Part shown: piece after piece, positions 50,432-61,814 of the stretch
Layout of the letters: each line of letters opens with the position of its first letter
Numbering within the stretch: the first letter of the stretch is position 1
The notes under the pieces: model-generated
Database searches by the model: none
What the model saw: the letters and a program-made list of their open reading frames with translations, nothing else
What the model was told of the DNA's origin: nothing
NCBI RefSeq assembly: GCF_001194135.2
Contig: NC_068985.1
Span: 118,490,107 to 118,554,106, forward strand
Source: Octopus bimaculoides
Lineage: Eukaryota
Length of the DNA: 64,000 nucleotides
Reading direction: 5' to 3'
Translations under genes and position numbers: made by a program

Positions 50432-51031
50432 GTGAGTGTTAGGTTTACAACACAGACATTGACAACATTGAGAAGAATGTTTACACAGCAGTTTCACTCC
50501 TTGTCAGTAATTAAGTTAGAGACATCTGAGCTATGTGAAATGTGCAAGCATTTACTGATATAAGAGTTCTTTTCTAACTACTGAGCAATTTGTTTGAGGA
50601 AGAGAGTCTGTTAGTTTATGAATTATACACGATTCCCATGCATCATATATCTTCCTGTTCTTGTCTATCCCTTTATTGTCATTATCATTTTTTCTGCTAC
50701 CCTACTGTCCTCATGACATGATGGCAGTAGGGTAGTAGAAACAGTGCCAGTGTAAATGTTTTGCAGTATTTTGTTACAATTGTTTACATCCTGAATTCAA
50801 ATCTAATTACAAATGATATTCACTTTACTGTTCCAGAGTAGATTAAATTAAGTGTTGAATAATTGAAATAATATTAGTCATTAATTAATGCTATTTCTTC
50901 ACTGCATAATTGTGTCTCTTTCATTTTTTGCTTCTCACTACATTAGATATGATAACACTTAACCTTATAATTGCCTTTCATGCTGATGGCATCAGTAATA
51001 CCTTCTCCAAAATATACTAATTTTCTATATA

Positions 51032-51456
51032 CATCATCATCATCATCATCGTTTAACGTCCGCTTTCCATGCTAGCATGGGTTGGACGATTTAACTGAGG
51101 ACTGGTGAAACCAGATGGCAACACCAGGCTCCAATCTAAATTTGGCAGAGTTTCTACAGCTGGATGCCCTTCCTAACGCCAACCACTCAGAGAATGTAGT
51201 AGGTGCTTTTACGTGTCACCCGCACGAAGGCCAGTCAGGTGATACTGGCAACGGCCACGCTCGAAATGGTGTCTTTTATGTGCCACCCGCACAAGCCAGT
51301 CCAGGGGCACTGGCAACGATCTTGCTCGAAAATCCTACGGGAGCCAGTCAGGCGGTACTGGCAACGGCCACGCTCAAAATGGTGCATCTTATGTGCCACC
51401 CGCACAAGAGCCAGTCCAGGGGCACTGGCAACGATCTTACTTGGCTTGCCGGATGC
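51032..51456 (-). mobile_element. Young RTE 3' end with tandem UTR subrepeats
   Basis: Near-identical to the 18204 and 28303 copies, plus gtgccacccgcacaa(g)agccagtccaggggcactggcaacg repeats. Confidence 0.88.
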
Positions 51457-52286
51457 TTACTTAGTAGTTCTTTCATGAGCACTTCAGCAAGAACAGTGAG
51501 GTCTGAGCTTTGTTGAGGAGATCTAATAAAATTGGAACAGGTCTTGAGTTACTTCTTGTACTTCCACGGTTATCTAAATTATTTTCATTATTGTCAGCCA
51601 TTTCTCGTGTCCAAAAATTTCAGTTCCTTACTGTTAAAGGAAATATCTCCTGGAGGAAATGCCAATGGCATGAATCTGTTTACCATAAATCTCAGCATAC
51701 CAGCAAATGACCCACTCACTGTAGTTGCAAGACTATCCTCTGTGGCATAATGAAATCGGCACTATCAGGTGATTTAGTTATGGTCTCAAGAGGCACCTTT
51801 TTTTGCCAGTCCTTCTGATATTGAACTCCTTTGCTTGTTCAAATGTTATCTAGATCAACTTTTATTGTTTACATTTGCTTGCTCTATTTTGGGGGTTGGG
51901 ATCGTGACATTGGGTTTGTCATATTCAGTCTGGGTTCTCTTCTTTGATATTACCACCTTGGGTGGCATACACAGGAGTAATAGATTTTTGACGTTGCTCA
52001 TTTGGTCACTGGAACATGCAACCTGCCAGCGCCCTCTAAGGAACAACCATTCAAGGCAGATAATATTGATCTTTCTTTTATCTTTTACTTGTTTCAGTCA
52101 TTGGACTGCGGCCATGCTGGGGCACTGCCTTGAATTTTTAGTTGACTGAATCAACCCCGGTACTTATTTTTAAAGCCTGGTACTTATTCTATCAGTCCCT
52201 TTTGCTGAATCACTAAGTTACAGGAATGTAAACACACAAACTTTGGTTGTCAAGTGGTGATGGGAGGGGGACAAACACTGACACAT

Positions 52287-52361
<75 letters not shown>

Positions 52362-52371
52362 AATATACTAG

Positions 52372-52926
52372 AGGTTTTGGGGATACATAAAAAGTGATGG
52401 TTCAAGAAAGTTGGTTAAAATTGATGGTAACTTGAATAGTACCAAATACATCCAGTTGCTGAAGAACAATTTGATACCAGACTTGGATGAAAGTGAGATT
52501 TTTCAGCATGAGGGAGCTCCATGCTACAGATTGTGTGTAACATAACAGTCTTGCTGATGAAGGTGTTACTGTATTGAAAGATTGGTCAGCTTAGAGCCCT
52601 GACTTAAATATCATCGAGCAAATGTGGACAGAACTAAGGAGGAGAGTTCGTCAGAAGAATCCATGCAATCTTGAGTTGTGGGAGCTCAGCTACAGAGAAT
52701 GGCATCTCATACTTGTGAAGAGGGTGAAGGATTTGTATGCATCTCTTCCCAGGGGAATTGAAGCAACTGTTCAAGCTAAGGGAAGCCACATGAAATGTTA
52801 ACAATATACAGTAACTTCTTGAAATGAACATTATGTAATAAATATTCATTATAGACATTTTTCTGTCTTAAAACACTGTATCTTGATTGCTTTATGTGAG
52901 GTGGCTGTAAACTTTTGCACGGCCAT
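52372..52926 (+). mobile_element. Tc1-family transposase C-terminal half (pseudogenised) with probable 3' TIR
   Basis: GYIKSDGSRKLVKIDGNLNSTKYIQLLKNNLIPDLDESEIFQHEGAPCY ... DWSA*SPDLNIIEQMWTELRRRV ... LYASLPRGIEATVQAKGSH; end gtaaacttttgcacggcc. Confidence 0.9.
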
Positions 52927-53090
52927 TTTTGGTGGTCGTCTCACATCTCTCATTCAGAAACCCTACTACAAAATATAATGGTTAGCCATGGAAATGACTC
53001 CAATAGTGCCAATGTTTCATTTGTAAAAAAACACAGTGGGAAACCTCTGAAGACTTTTGTACAGTACTGTGTATACATATACACACACAT

Positions 53091-53186
53091 AATGCACCGT
53101 TTCTTGTCCAATCACCAAAGTTAAGCAATGTTGAGCCTAGTTAGTACTTAGATGAGTGACTACTTGGGAAACTTAGGTGCTGTAAG
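53091..53186 (+). pseudogene. 5S rRNA pseudogene, 5'-truncated and CpG-decayed
   Basis: caccgtttcttgtccaatcaccaaagttaagcaatgttgagcctagttagtacttagatgagtgactacttgggaaacttaggtgctgta aligns to the metazoan 5S sequence (A-box AAGTTAAGCA, C-box-region GTTAGTACTTGGATGGGTGAC) mostly through CpG transitions. Confidence 0.88.
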
Positions 53187-53198
53187 AATCTCCCACTT

Positions 53199-53598
53199 GT
53201 GAAGGTGCTTGGTTCAATGGTTAGAGCATTGGGTTCACAATCATGAGGCAGTGAGTTCAATTCCTGGAATGGGCTGTGTGTTGTGTTCTTGAGCAAGACA
53301 CTTTATTTCATGTTGCTCCAGTTCACTTAGCTGTAGAAATGAGTTGCAACATCACTGGTGTCAAGCTGTATCAGCCTTTGCCTTTTCCTTGTATGACATC
53401 AGTGGCATGGAGAGAAGAGGAGGCTGGTATGCATGGGTGACTGCTGGTCTTCCACAAACAACCTTGCCCAGATCCCCCTCTTTGTGCACCTGTATGAGCA
53501 ATAATACAACCAAATAACCTTGCCCAGACCTGTGCTTTGGAGGGGAACTTTCTAGGTGCAATCCCATGGTCATTCATCCCTGAAAGAGGTCTTTACCC
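53199..53598 (+). mobile_element. SINE family C, full length
   Basis: tRNA-like head ggttcaatggttagagcattgggttcacaatcatgaggcagtgagttcaattcc; body homologous to 1444-1778. Confidence 0.85.
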
Positions 53599-55683
53599 TA
53601 CACACACACACGTATACCATTTTGATTACCAACCCAGTTAAAACTGCCTCTAGTTCTGTGATATGAAACTTATTTTAAAGTGTTCAGATTGAAATCAAAA
53701 CATTCTATCATAATTTTATGTAAGAAACTTCTGTGATCTAAATGCCATCTTATTAAAATGACATTTAGAATATAAAACTTTCACATTATTAATGTGCAAG
53801 TTATTTTAGTTATTTTACTTGAATATTTCAAAATTCTTGATTATTTTCAAATTCAATTGAAATACAAAGACGATGGATTCCATTAAAAATTTGCTCTGAA
53901 AAGGATAATGTTAATATTTTTTTGTTAAAATCAAATTATCCTGTTCAATTATATGTTTTTTAATTTGTATTTGTACTTAGTGATACCCAGCATTTAATAA
54001 TCACTACTTTGGGCATAATCTTGTAGTTTTTTTTTTCTTTTATATTCCTTTTAATTGTACTATCCGCAATTTCTTTCTGTAATGCTCACTTTAATTTGCA
54101 TGTTTCTTTGTGAATTGACAAGAAATAATAATTCCCTTGCTTGCTTTTGAAAAAAAAAAAAAAAAAAAAATCATGAGTTTGGCTTTGAGTTAATAATAAG
54201 CTTAAAATTTTCAGTGTGGTTCAGGTGCACATATATATTAATGAGAATAATTAAGGTATACTTCAACACTACCTCAAAGCACTGTCAATTGGAACAATTG
54301 CTTCGAGATGACAGGCACTAAATATTTCTTGGCATGTATCTACATTCTTTGAAAAGCAACATACAGAGAGGGATTTTTTTGTCTTTTTGTTTTAAACTAT
54401 ACAGAAGAACCTACTTTTGTTAATTCATAGAAGAAAATGCTATCTTTCAGATATAAACTGTGTTGCAACTGAAAGAGCGAAATATGATAATCCTAATCCT
54501 ATCTTGTTAAAAGAACATTAGCATATCCAGGGTACCATCATTGTGATATTTTCACCATGCTTCTAGATGAAATGACAAAAAAAAAAAAAAAAAAAAAAAG
54601 TTCCTTTTGTAATCGGTTATTTTTAAAAAGTAAAATCATATTGAATAATGTTGTCCTTGTTACACTTGGGAAAAATGGATTGTCACTCAAGCCTTTAATT
54701 GTGTCCCTTTTCGTCATTCACTCTATATGTATCCCTATGTATGCCTGGCCTCTGTTTCTGCCACTGTGCATCTTCTGTGTTCTCCATGCTTCACTGCATC
54801 CTTCTGCCTTCCCATCCAGCCAACCTCAGTACTCTGTCCCTATTCTCTCTGTCCACCATCTTGCACTTTGAGGGTACACCTTTAATAGCTCATCCCTACT
54901 ATCGTTTTTTCCTCTGTTGCTGGTGTAGCCATGTAGCTCCTTTACAGCAAGACACCTATTCCTGTCCTCCTTCCCTGCTTTAGCTTCTCTATCCCTGGTG
55001 TAAAGCCACTTTCCTCAATACTGCACCCTAACTCTGTGAAGTAGTCTTGTCTTGCGGGTTATATGGTGATCTCACTAGTGCTGTACTCTCTGTAAAGTGG
55101 TTGGCTTTAGGCAGGGCATCCAGCTGTAGAAACCTTGCTGATGCAGACACTCAAGATGAACACAACCCTCAGGCTAGTCAGATCCTTTTGAACTGTCCAA
55201 CCCATGCCAGCATGGAACACTGATGTTAAATGATGAGGTCTTCTCAGTCAGGGCTAACAATTACTTCCTCTCCATCTTGAGCATATATAATCTCTTTTTT
55301 TCTTTCACCACAACTGAATCTATAAATCAAGCATCTCTATTTTGCATATTTTTGTCATGATGATGATAATTATGGTGATGATTATGATAATTTTTTTAAA
55401 GATTATGTTGTGGCATTTTTATACCATGATCTGGTATAATAGCACCCCTCTTTTGTATCATGTCATCCATGAGGTCTAATGCTCTCAGGTCTTATCTATT
55501 GTTTCCTAATTCCTTCAACCAATTAACACATTTCAGAAACAAATTATTAACTCTCTCCCTCTACACGCATATACACAGCACACGAGTGTGCGTTCACACA
55601 TGCGAATCATCTATTCCACCTCATAAGTTTAATACTAACATTCAAATTAGTCTATTAAATGTAATGTATATTTATTCACATAA

Positions 55684-55803
55684 TAGGCGCATAGTTCCAG
55701 GTTCAGTCCCACTGTGTAGCACCTTGGGCAAGTGTCTTCTGCTATAGCCTTGGGCTGACAAATGCCTTATGAGTGGATTTGGTAGATGGAAATTGAAAGA
55801 AGC

Positions 55804-55846
<43 letters not shown>

Positions 55847-56080
55847 GTGTACATCTTTGTGTCTGTGTTTGTCCCCCCCACCATCACTTGATAATCAATG
55901 TTGGTATGTTTATGTCCTCATAACCTAGCAGTTTGGCAAACGAAACTGATAGAATAAATACCAGGCTTCCAAAGAATAAGTCCTGGGGTTGATTTCTTCA
56001 ACTAAAAAAAAAAACTCTTTAAGGCAGTGCTCCAGCATGGCTGCAGTCAAATGATTGAAACAAATAAAAGAATAAAAGAA
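55684..56080 (+). mobile_element. SINE family A with an internal head deletion
   Basis: ataggcgcatagttccagg... through to the tail aaaagaataaaagaa. Confidence 0.8.
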
Positions 56081-58021
56081 TTGTTTTGAATTAATCTTGC
56101 ATTATCTCATAGCCTTAAGATTTTGATGATATAACTGTTTATATTTAGAATGACACAGGGTAGGTGTGAGATGTTGGACTTGGCCAGTTTGAACATTAAA
56201 TGGGGAGAATATTTGGGGTGGATTCTACCTGTTTTATGTTCTGACTGGCCAGATCTGGTCTCTTGCACCTACCTTACAATATCACTCTCAAAAGTTAAGC
56301 TACTTCATAAAAATCTCAAAGCTACAAAATAATGCATGATTAATTCAAAACAATCATCATCATCACATGTCATCTATTTTCCATGCTGGCATAGATTGGA
56401 CAGTTTGACAGGAGCTGGCCAACTGAAGAGCTGTTTAGGCTCCAATTGTCTGTTTTGGCATGGTTTCTATGGCTGGATGCCCTTCCTAACGCCAACTACT
56501 TTACAGAGTGTACTGGGCACTTTTATGCAGCACTGGTACAGGTGCTTTTTAAGCATTACATTTGACAGAGTAATCTGAATGCTAAAGGATTATAAGTTTA
56601 AATGTTAAACCAATATATTCATCTCTGCTAGCATTTATTTATCAGTGAATTCCCTCATAATCCAATGCTATTAAACCTAAATCATTATCCTTTACTGATC
56701 CGCAAGATCGTAACTTTTATTCCTCCAGTTTCTGCAGATGCCCTACTATCATTGCCACTCATGTTTCAACTGCCATACAGCACCTCATTCGTTGCACCAT
56801 ATTGCTGCCTTGTGCTGACATGATCAATTGCTCTACAACCCACCAGTTGCTCTAATCAACTGTCTTACACTTAGTCTGTCTGTCTTACAACATCATGTTG
56901 CACATTTGACAGATCACCCCCCCCCCCCTGCCCTGTTATGATGTGTCACTGAAGTATCCATCCTCATTACATCTGCAAGTGAAAACCAAGACAAAACACA
57001 TACACACACACACACCAGCTGATGTAAAATGTTATTTATAAATCAAATGGTGGGGAAACAAAATGACTTCCTGGCTGTGGGAAAAAGGAATAATTTTAGA
57101 AAACTATCATGTAAAAATTACATTAGAGAAAGTATAGAATTTCCAATAGTCAGTAATATTTTTTTTTAAACAGCTCCTCAGATTCAGTATGCAATTGAAA
57201 TACAGATATTTCCTTGACAGCCACCACCACCACCTCTCCTATCACACCATCCAAAAGGCAGTTGATTACTTAAGGACAACTGTCCTCAATCTTGGTATGT
57301 AATGTGGGCGGCATTTAGTCAATGTGACATCATGGTAGAGGGAGAATAACAGTTATTTAATAATCATAATAATTTCTAACATAGGCATGAGACCACAAAT
57401 TTGGAGGTGGAAGAGCATTAATCAATTCAATCATCTTCCCAGTACTTGACTGGTATTTTATTTTTATCTGCCCTACACAGAGGGAAGGCAAGTTGGCCTT
57501 GGCATGATTTAAACTCAGAATTTAAAGAATCTAATGGATTATCACAAAGGCTGATGCTCTTATGATTCTACTAATCCACACTACCTTAAAATAATAGTTT
57601 CTGTTTTAGGCACAAGGCCAGCAATTTTAGTAAGTTGGTGCAAGTTGGTACCATTGAATATAGTACTTGACTGCTATTTCATATTATCAGCCCCAAAAGT
57701 ATGAAAGGCAAACTTTGGCAGGATTTGAATTCAGAATTTAAGGAGCCAGAACAAATAATGCCAGGCCCCTTTTTTTTTTTAATTATTTGACACTTTAATG
57801 ATGGCTCTTAATTGTTTCTGATACAGGGCACAAAGCTTGAGTAGTGCTTTCTTTGATTTGTCCTCACTTGTGTGTGCATATATATATNNNNNNNNNNNNN
57901 NNNNNNNNNNNNNNNNNNNNNNNNNNNNNNNNNNNNNNNNNNNNNNNNNNNNNNNNNNNNNNNNNNNNNNNNNNNNNNNNNNNNNNNAATAAATGCTTGT
58001 GCCCCCACCATTGCTTGACAA

Positions 58022-58624
58022 CTGAAAACCAAGTTCCCCACCAAACTGTGATGGTCTTCAGATGTGTCTCTAGTGAGGATGATGTCATGCTTCCCCCATG
58101 TCTTTCAACAGGGCCTTAGGCTCAATCCAGATAGCTATGTTAACTGTTGGAGAATGTGGTCAAACCCTGGTTGGAGAAGGTGCTGTTGTAAGGTCATATG
58201 TGTCAGTAGGATTCAGCTCCTTACCATATCTTAAGAAAGAGTCAGAAATGGTTATTAGAGAATTTTTATGACTTCACCAGCCCCAATTTCTGGCCTAAGT
58301 AATTCCCCTGATTGTAATCCTATGGATTACTAAGTGTGGGACACAGTTGAGAAAGAAAACCAAATATTCTGACTGTAACACCAAGGCCAAGCTTCAAAGT
58401 GGTGTTTGAATATCTTGCCAGAGACACAGTGAGGAATGCATGTGCCAGGTTCAGGAGCCGTCTTGAGGCTGTGGTAGAAGCTGAGTGTGACTACTTTAAG
58501 TAAACTATTATCTCCCAGCCATAATTCAGTTGTTTTTTGATTTTTTAAAATACTTATAATTTTGGATTGGATATGGTCTTTTTTTCCTTTTATGGAAACT
58601 GTCAGATTTCACCTGAACACCCTG
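58022..58624 (+). mobile_element. DD37D (maT-type) Tc1/mariner transposase relic with 3' TIR
   Basis: VMVFRCVSSEDDVM ... DSAPYHILRKSQKWLLENFYDFTSPNFWP-NSPDCNPMD (37 residues between the last two Asp after one frameshift correction) ... RNACARFRSRLEAVVEAECDYFK*; end cctgaacaccctg. Confidence 0.88.
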
Positions 58625-59174
58625 CGTGTATATATATATATATATATGATCATGTTTGTATGTAAATATATGCACACACACACACATAAAATTGATAGAG
58701 GAAATAGAAGATGGATTTAGTACAAATTTTTATTCAGCACAATAATCATTTCGATCCATCCTGAATCTGTCCCTTGGGGGCAGGATATTGTGCATTTGGT
58801 TGTGTTGCATAATCAGAGCAGGCTGTATCACTTCAGATGCTTGGTGTAACAAAAAAAAAAAAATTCCACTAGATATACTGACTTTTTGGCATGTTGTTCT
58901 GGCTAGTTGTACATTGGTACACTGACAGTGTAGGGTAAGTTTGGGGCTGGGGTTGTACCACTGGTACAAAATCATAATTCTATTTGTACTGAATAAAGAT
59001 TCGTACTAAATCCATCTTCCATTTCCTTTATCAACTATAAACTCAACAAACACTGGATTTCCCAATGTAGATCCAGAGAAAATTACATCATTACCATGCA
59101 CAACATCAGGTAACCCAAATGGTGAATGTGCTTTAATTGACATACTAGTAGACGTATACCCAAAGCCCATGTAG

Positions 59175-59221
<47 letters not shown>

Positions 59222-59264
59222 CATACACACACACACATAAAATAGATGTATATGTTTGTATTTG

Positions 59265-59305
<41 letters not shown>

Positions 59306-60058
59306 TCTTAAGGTATATTCTGTTAGGAATGCAGCAGAGTACAGTATAGAGCTCATTCACTCTTAGAATTACCAAATAGCCAGTAGTATTGCGATATACT
59401 TCCAGGTCTAGATTTAGGCATTCGTCGTGTGTGAAAATAAATTTGAATAAGACAGCCAACAAAAAGGGGTGCGGTTGGACAGTTATTTTTTAATCACTAC
59501 AAATGTTTCCATACAATATAGTTCTTCATATATTCAGCTATTTTATTATGCAACCATTTACCTGTGTAATGGGATCCAGTTGTATTTCCTCAAGCGGCAT
59601 TCAGTTGCTGTCTCCATTAGTTTAAAAACCTTTGACTTCGATGCTAACACATCCATCTGCCTTGTTTGAATTTAGTAGATGCCGGCAGTTTCATTCCGCT
59701 TGCTGTTAATGTGCTTTTGCGTGCTTGCTACGAGTGGTATTGGATGTTTGTTTTGGCACTGTCTGATTTTTGATCTGTTCCTCATGTTAGGCTGCACATG
59801 TGAAATTTTATTATCCAACCTTCAGTATTCGGTGGTTCAAAGACACACAAAGCCTTCCCCACATATATTCATGTTTGCGTGCACATATGTACACACACAT
59901 ACACTCACACCTATACAATCAGTTGCATGTGTTTATATACATATATATATGTCTCTGGGAATCCCCATATATATATATATATATATATATATACGTTGTT
60001 GTACTTGGGGATGGTCATATTGCCAGTTTAGCCAATAAATGCATATATACATACATAC

Positions 60059-60095
<37 letters not shown>

Positions 60096-60519
60096 NNNNN
60101 NNNNNNNNNNNNNNNNNNNNNNNNNNNNNNNNNNNNNNNNNNNNNNNNNNNNNNNNNNNNNNNNNNNNNNNNNNNNNNNNNNNNNNNNNNNNNNNNNNNN
60201 NNNNNNNNNNNNNNNNNNNNNNNNNNNNNNNNNNNNNNNNNNNNNNNNNNNNNNNNNNNNNNNNNNNNNNNNNNNNNNNNNNNNNNNNNNNNNNNNATAT
60301 ATATATATATATATATATACATACACACATATGCATACATATATACATACGCAAATCTACAAATACATTTATACACATACTTACACACAGATACATTTAT
60401 TTATATATATGTACATGGATATATTTTTGGGCACTTCAATATATATATATATACATATACATATGGGATGGGAAAGAGGGGAGGTGGGATGGAAAACCTG
60501 AATTATAATTATTATTTTT

Positions 60520-60780
60520 ATACAGTGTGCCTTTTTGAAAATTGGTGCAGTGGTGGTACCTCGGAATTTTTGCATCATGTTTGTTTACAAGATTTTCATG
60601 ACTCAGCAGTATTTATACTCAATGCTTCCTCAAGACAAAGGTCACATTTGCCTGATAGCGAATTACATGGGTGTGCATTTTTTATATTGCAACCATATCT
60701 TGTCATTCCGAAAGATAAACAGACGACAACGCAACTTCACTGGCAGACCTATTATGGAAACTGGAAGAATTGAAAATTAA
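60520..60780 (+). mobile_element. Possible PIF/Harbinger transposase relic
   Basis: DFHDSAVFILNAS...HGCAFFILQPYLVIP recalls the HDS--F and GD-AY-L-PYL--P motifs of DDE_Tnp_4; weak. Confidence 0.3.
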
Positions 60781-60837
60781 ATACAAAATGAAATGGTCAA
60801 TAATAAACACGTTATGTATTCAATGTGTTAATTGAGG

Positions 60838-60975
60838 TGGGAGGTGCTGAAAAGTGTTTGAAGTTACAAGATAATGCATGATTAATTCAAAACAATGTGA
60901 ATAAATAAGCGTAACATTTAACAAAGAAATCTGAATGCTGAAGGGTTAAAGCCCTGAACTTTTCAGCACCCCCAT
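60838..60975. mobile_element. Mariner-type MITE ends enclosing half of a piggyBac-type MITE
   Basis: ggaggtgctgaaaagt ... [ataatgcatgattaattcaaaacaatgtgaata...gaatgctgaagggttaa] agccctgaacttttcagcaccccc. Confidence 0.6.
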
Positions 60976-60988
60976 CATATACAGTAAC

Positions 60989-61540
60989 ACTCTTTTACTC
61001 TTTTACTTGTTTCAGTCATTTGACTGTGGCCATGCTGGAGCACCGCCTTTAGTCGAGCAAATCGACCCCAGGACTTATTCTTTGTAAGCCTAGTACTTAT
61101 TCCATCGGTCTCTTTTGCCGAACCGCTAAGTTACGGGGACGTAAACACACCAGTATCGGTTGTCAAGCGATATTGGGGGGACAAACACACACACACACAC
61201 ACATACATATATACGACAGGCTTCTTTCAGTTTCTGTCTACCAANNNNNNNNNNGACCCCAGGACTTATTCTTTGTAAGCCTAGTACTTATTCCATCGGT
61301 CTCTTTTGCCGAACCGCTAAGTTACGGGGACGTAAACACACCAGTATCGGTTGTCAAGCGATATTGGGGGGACAAACACACACACACACACACATACATA
61401 TATACGACAGGCTTCTTTCAGTTTCTGTCTACCAAATCCACTCACAAGGCTTTGGTCGGCCCGAGGCTATAGTAGAAGACACTTGCCTAAGGTGCCATGC
61501 AGTGGGACTGAACCCGGCACCATGTAGTTCGTAAGCAAGC
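60989..61540 (-). mobile_element. SINE family A, young copy (with ~180-bp duplication across a 10-N gap)
   Basis: High identity to 33893-34297; ends 80 bp upstream of the tetraspanin acceptor. Confidence 0.88.
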
Positions 61541-61619
61541 TTGATAGTGTATTTATTATATGCTGTAATTGTTGTGTGTAGTAATTGTTTCAAGTGTTCA
61601 ATTTCTTATTTATTTGCAG

Positions 61620-61814
61620 CTGATTGGCGGTGCACTATGTGCCATTGGACTGTGGGCATGGACGGAAAAGGATATGTTCCACAACATTGGCAAGCTGACC
61701 AACGTTGCCCTTGACCCAGCCCTTCTGTTCATCATTGTTGGTGGGGTCATGTTCATTATTGGTTTCACAGTATGTATTGGAGCACTCAGGGAAAACACTG
61801 TTTTGTTGTTGATT
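61620..61814 (+). CDS. TSPAN5-like: Internal coding exon of a TspanC8 tetraspanin (end of TM1, small extracellular loop, TM2, start of TM3)
   Basis: Acceptor tatttgcag|CTG at 61620 and donor ATT|gtaagt at 61815. 65 codons, phase 0/0: LIGGALCAIGLWAWTEKDMFHNIGKLTNVALDPALLFIIVGGVMFIIGFTVCIGALRENTVLLLI, carrying the GLWAW-EK, DP and CIGALREN motifs typical of TSPAN5/14/17 and Tsp26A. Confidence 0.93.

Noticed and set aside
40379-51704. Shared 14-mer tctcagcataccag at about 40381 and 51690
   Set aside because: A match of this length is expected by chance in 64 kb; flanks do not align.
51835-52149. Hydrophobic ORF FACSILGVGIVTLGLSYSVWV as a tetraspanin TM segment
   Set aside because: No family motifs or splice signals; hydrophobicity follows from a T-rich strand, and the ORF runs into a SINE.
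59679-59760. ORF MPAVSFRLLLMCFCVLATSGIGCLFW as tetraspanin exon 1 (MPAV start, LFW end, similar length)
   Set aside because: No CC-KY-FN motif, and the Trp codon is followed by CAC rather than a GT donor.
430-60773. Long ORFs in the track composed of YI, HT, CV, FLS, KER repeats or X
   Set aside because: Translations of (TA)n, (CA)n, (TC)n microsatellites and N gaps.
61064-61435. Exact ~180-bp tandem duplication inside a SINE
   Set aside because: Identical copies on either side of a 10-N gap; typical unmerged contig overlap.
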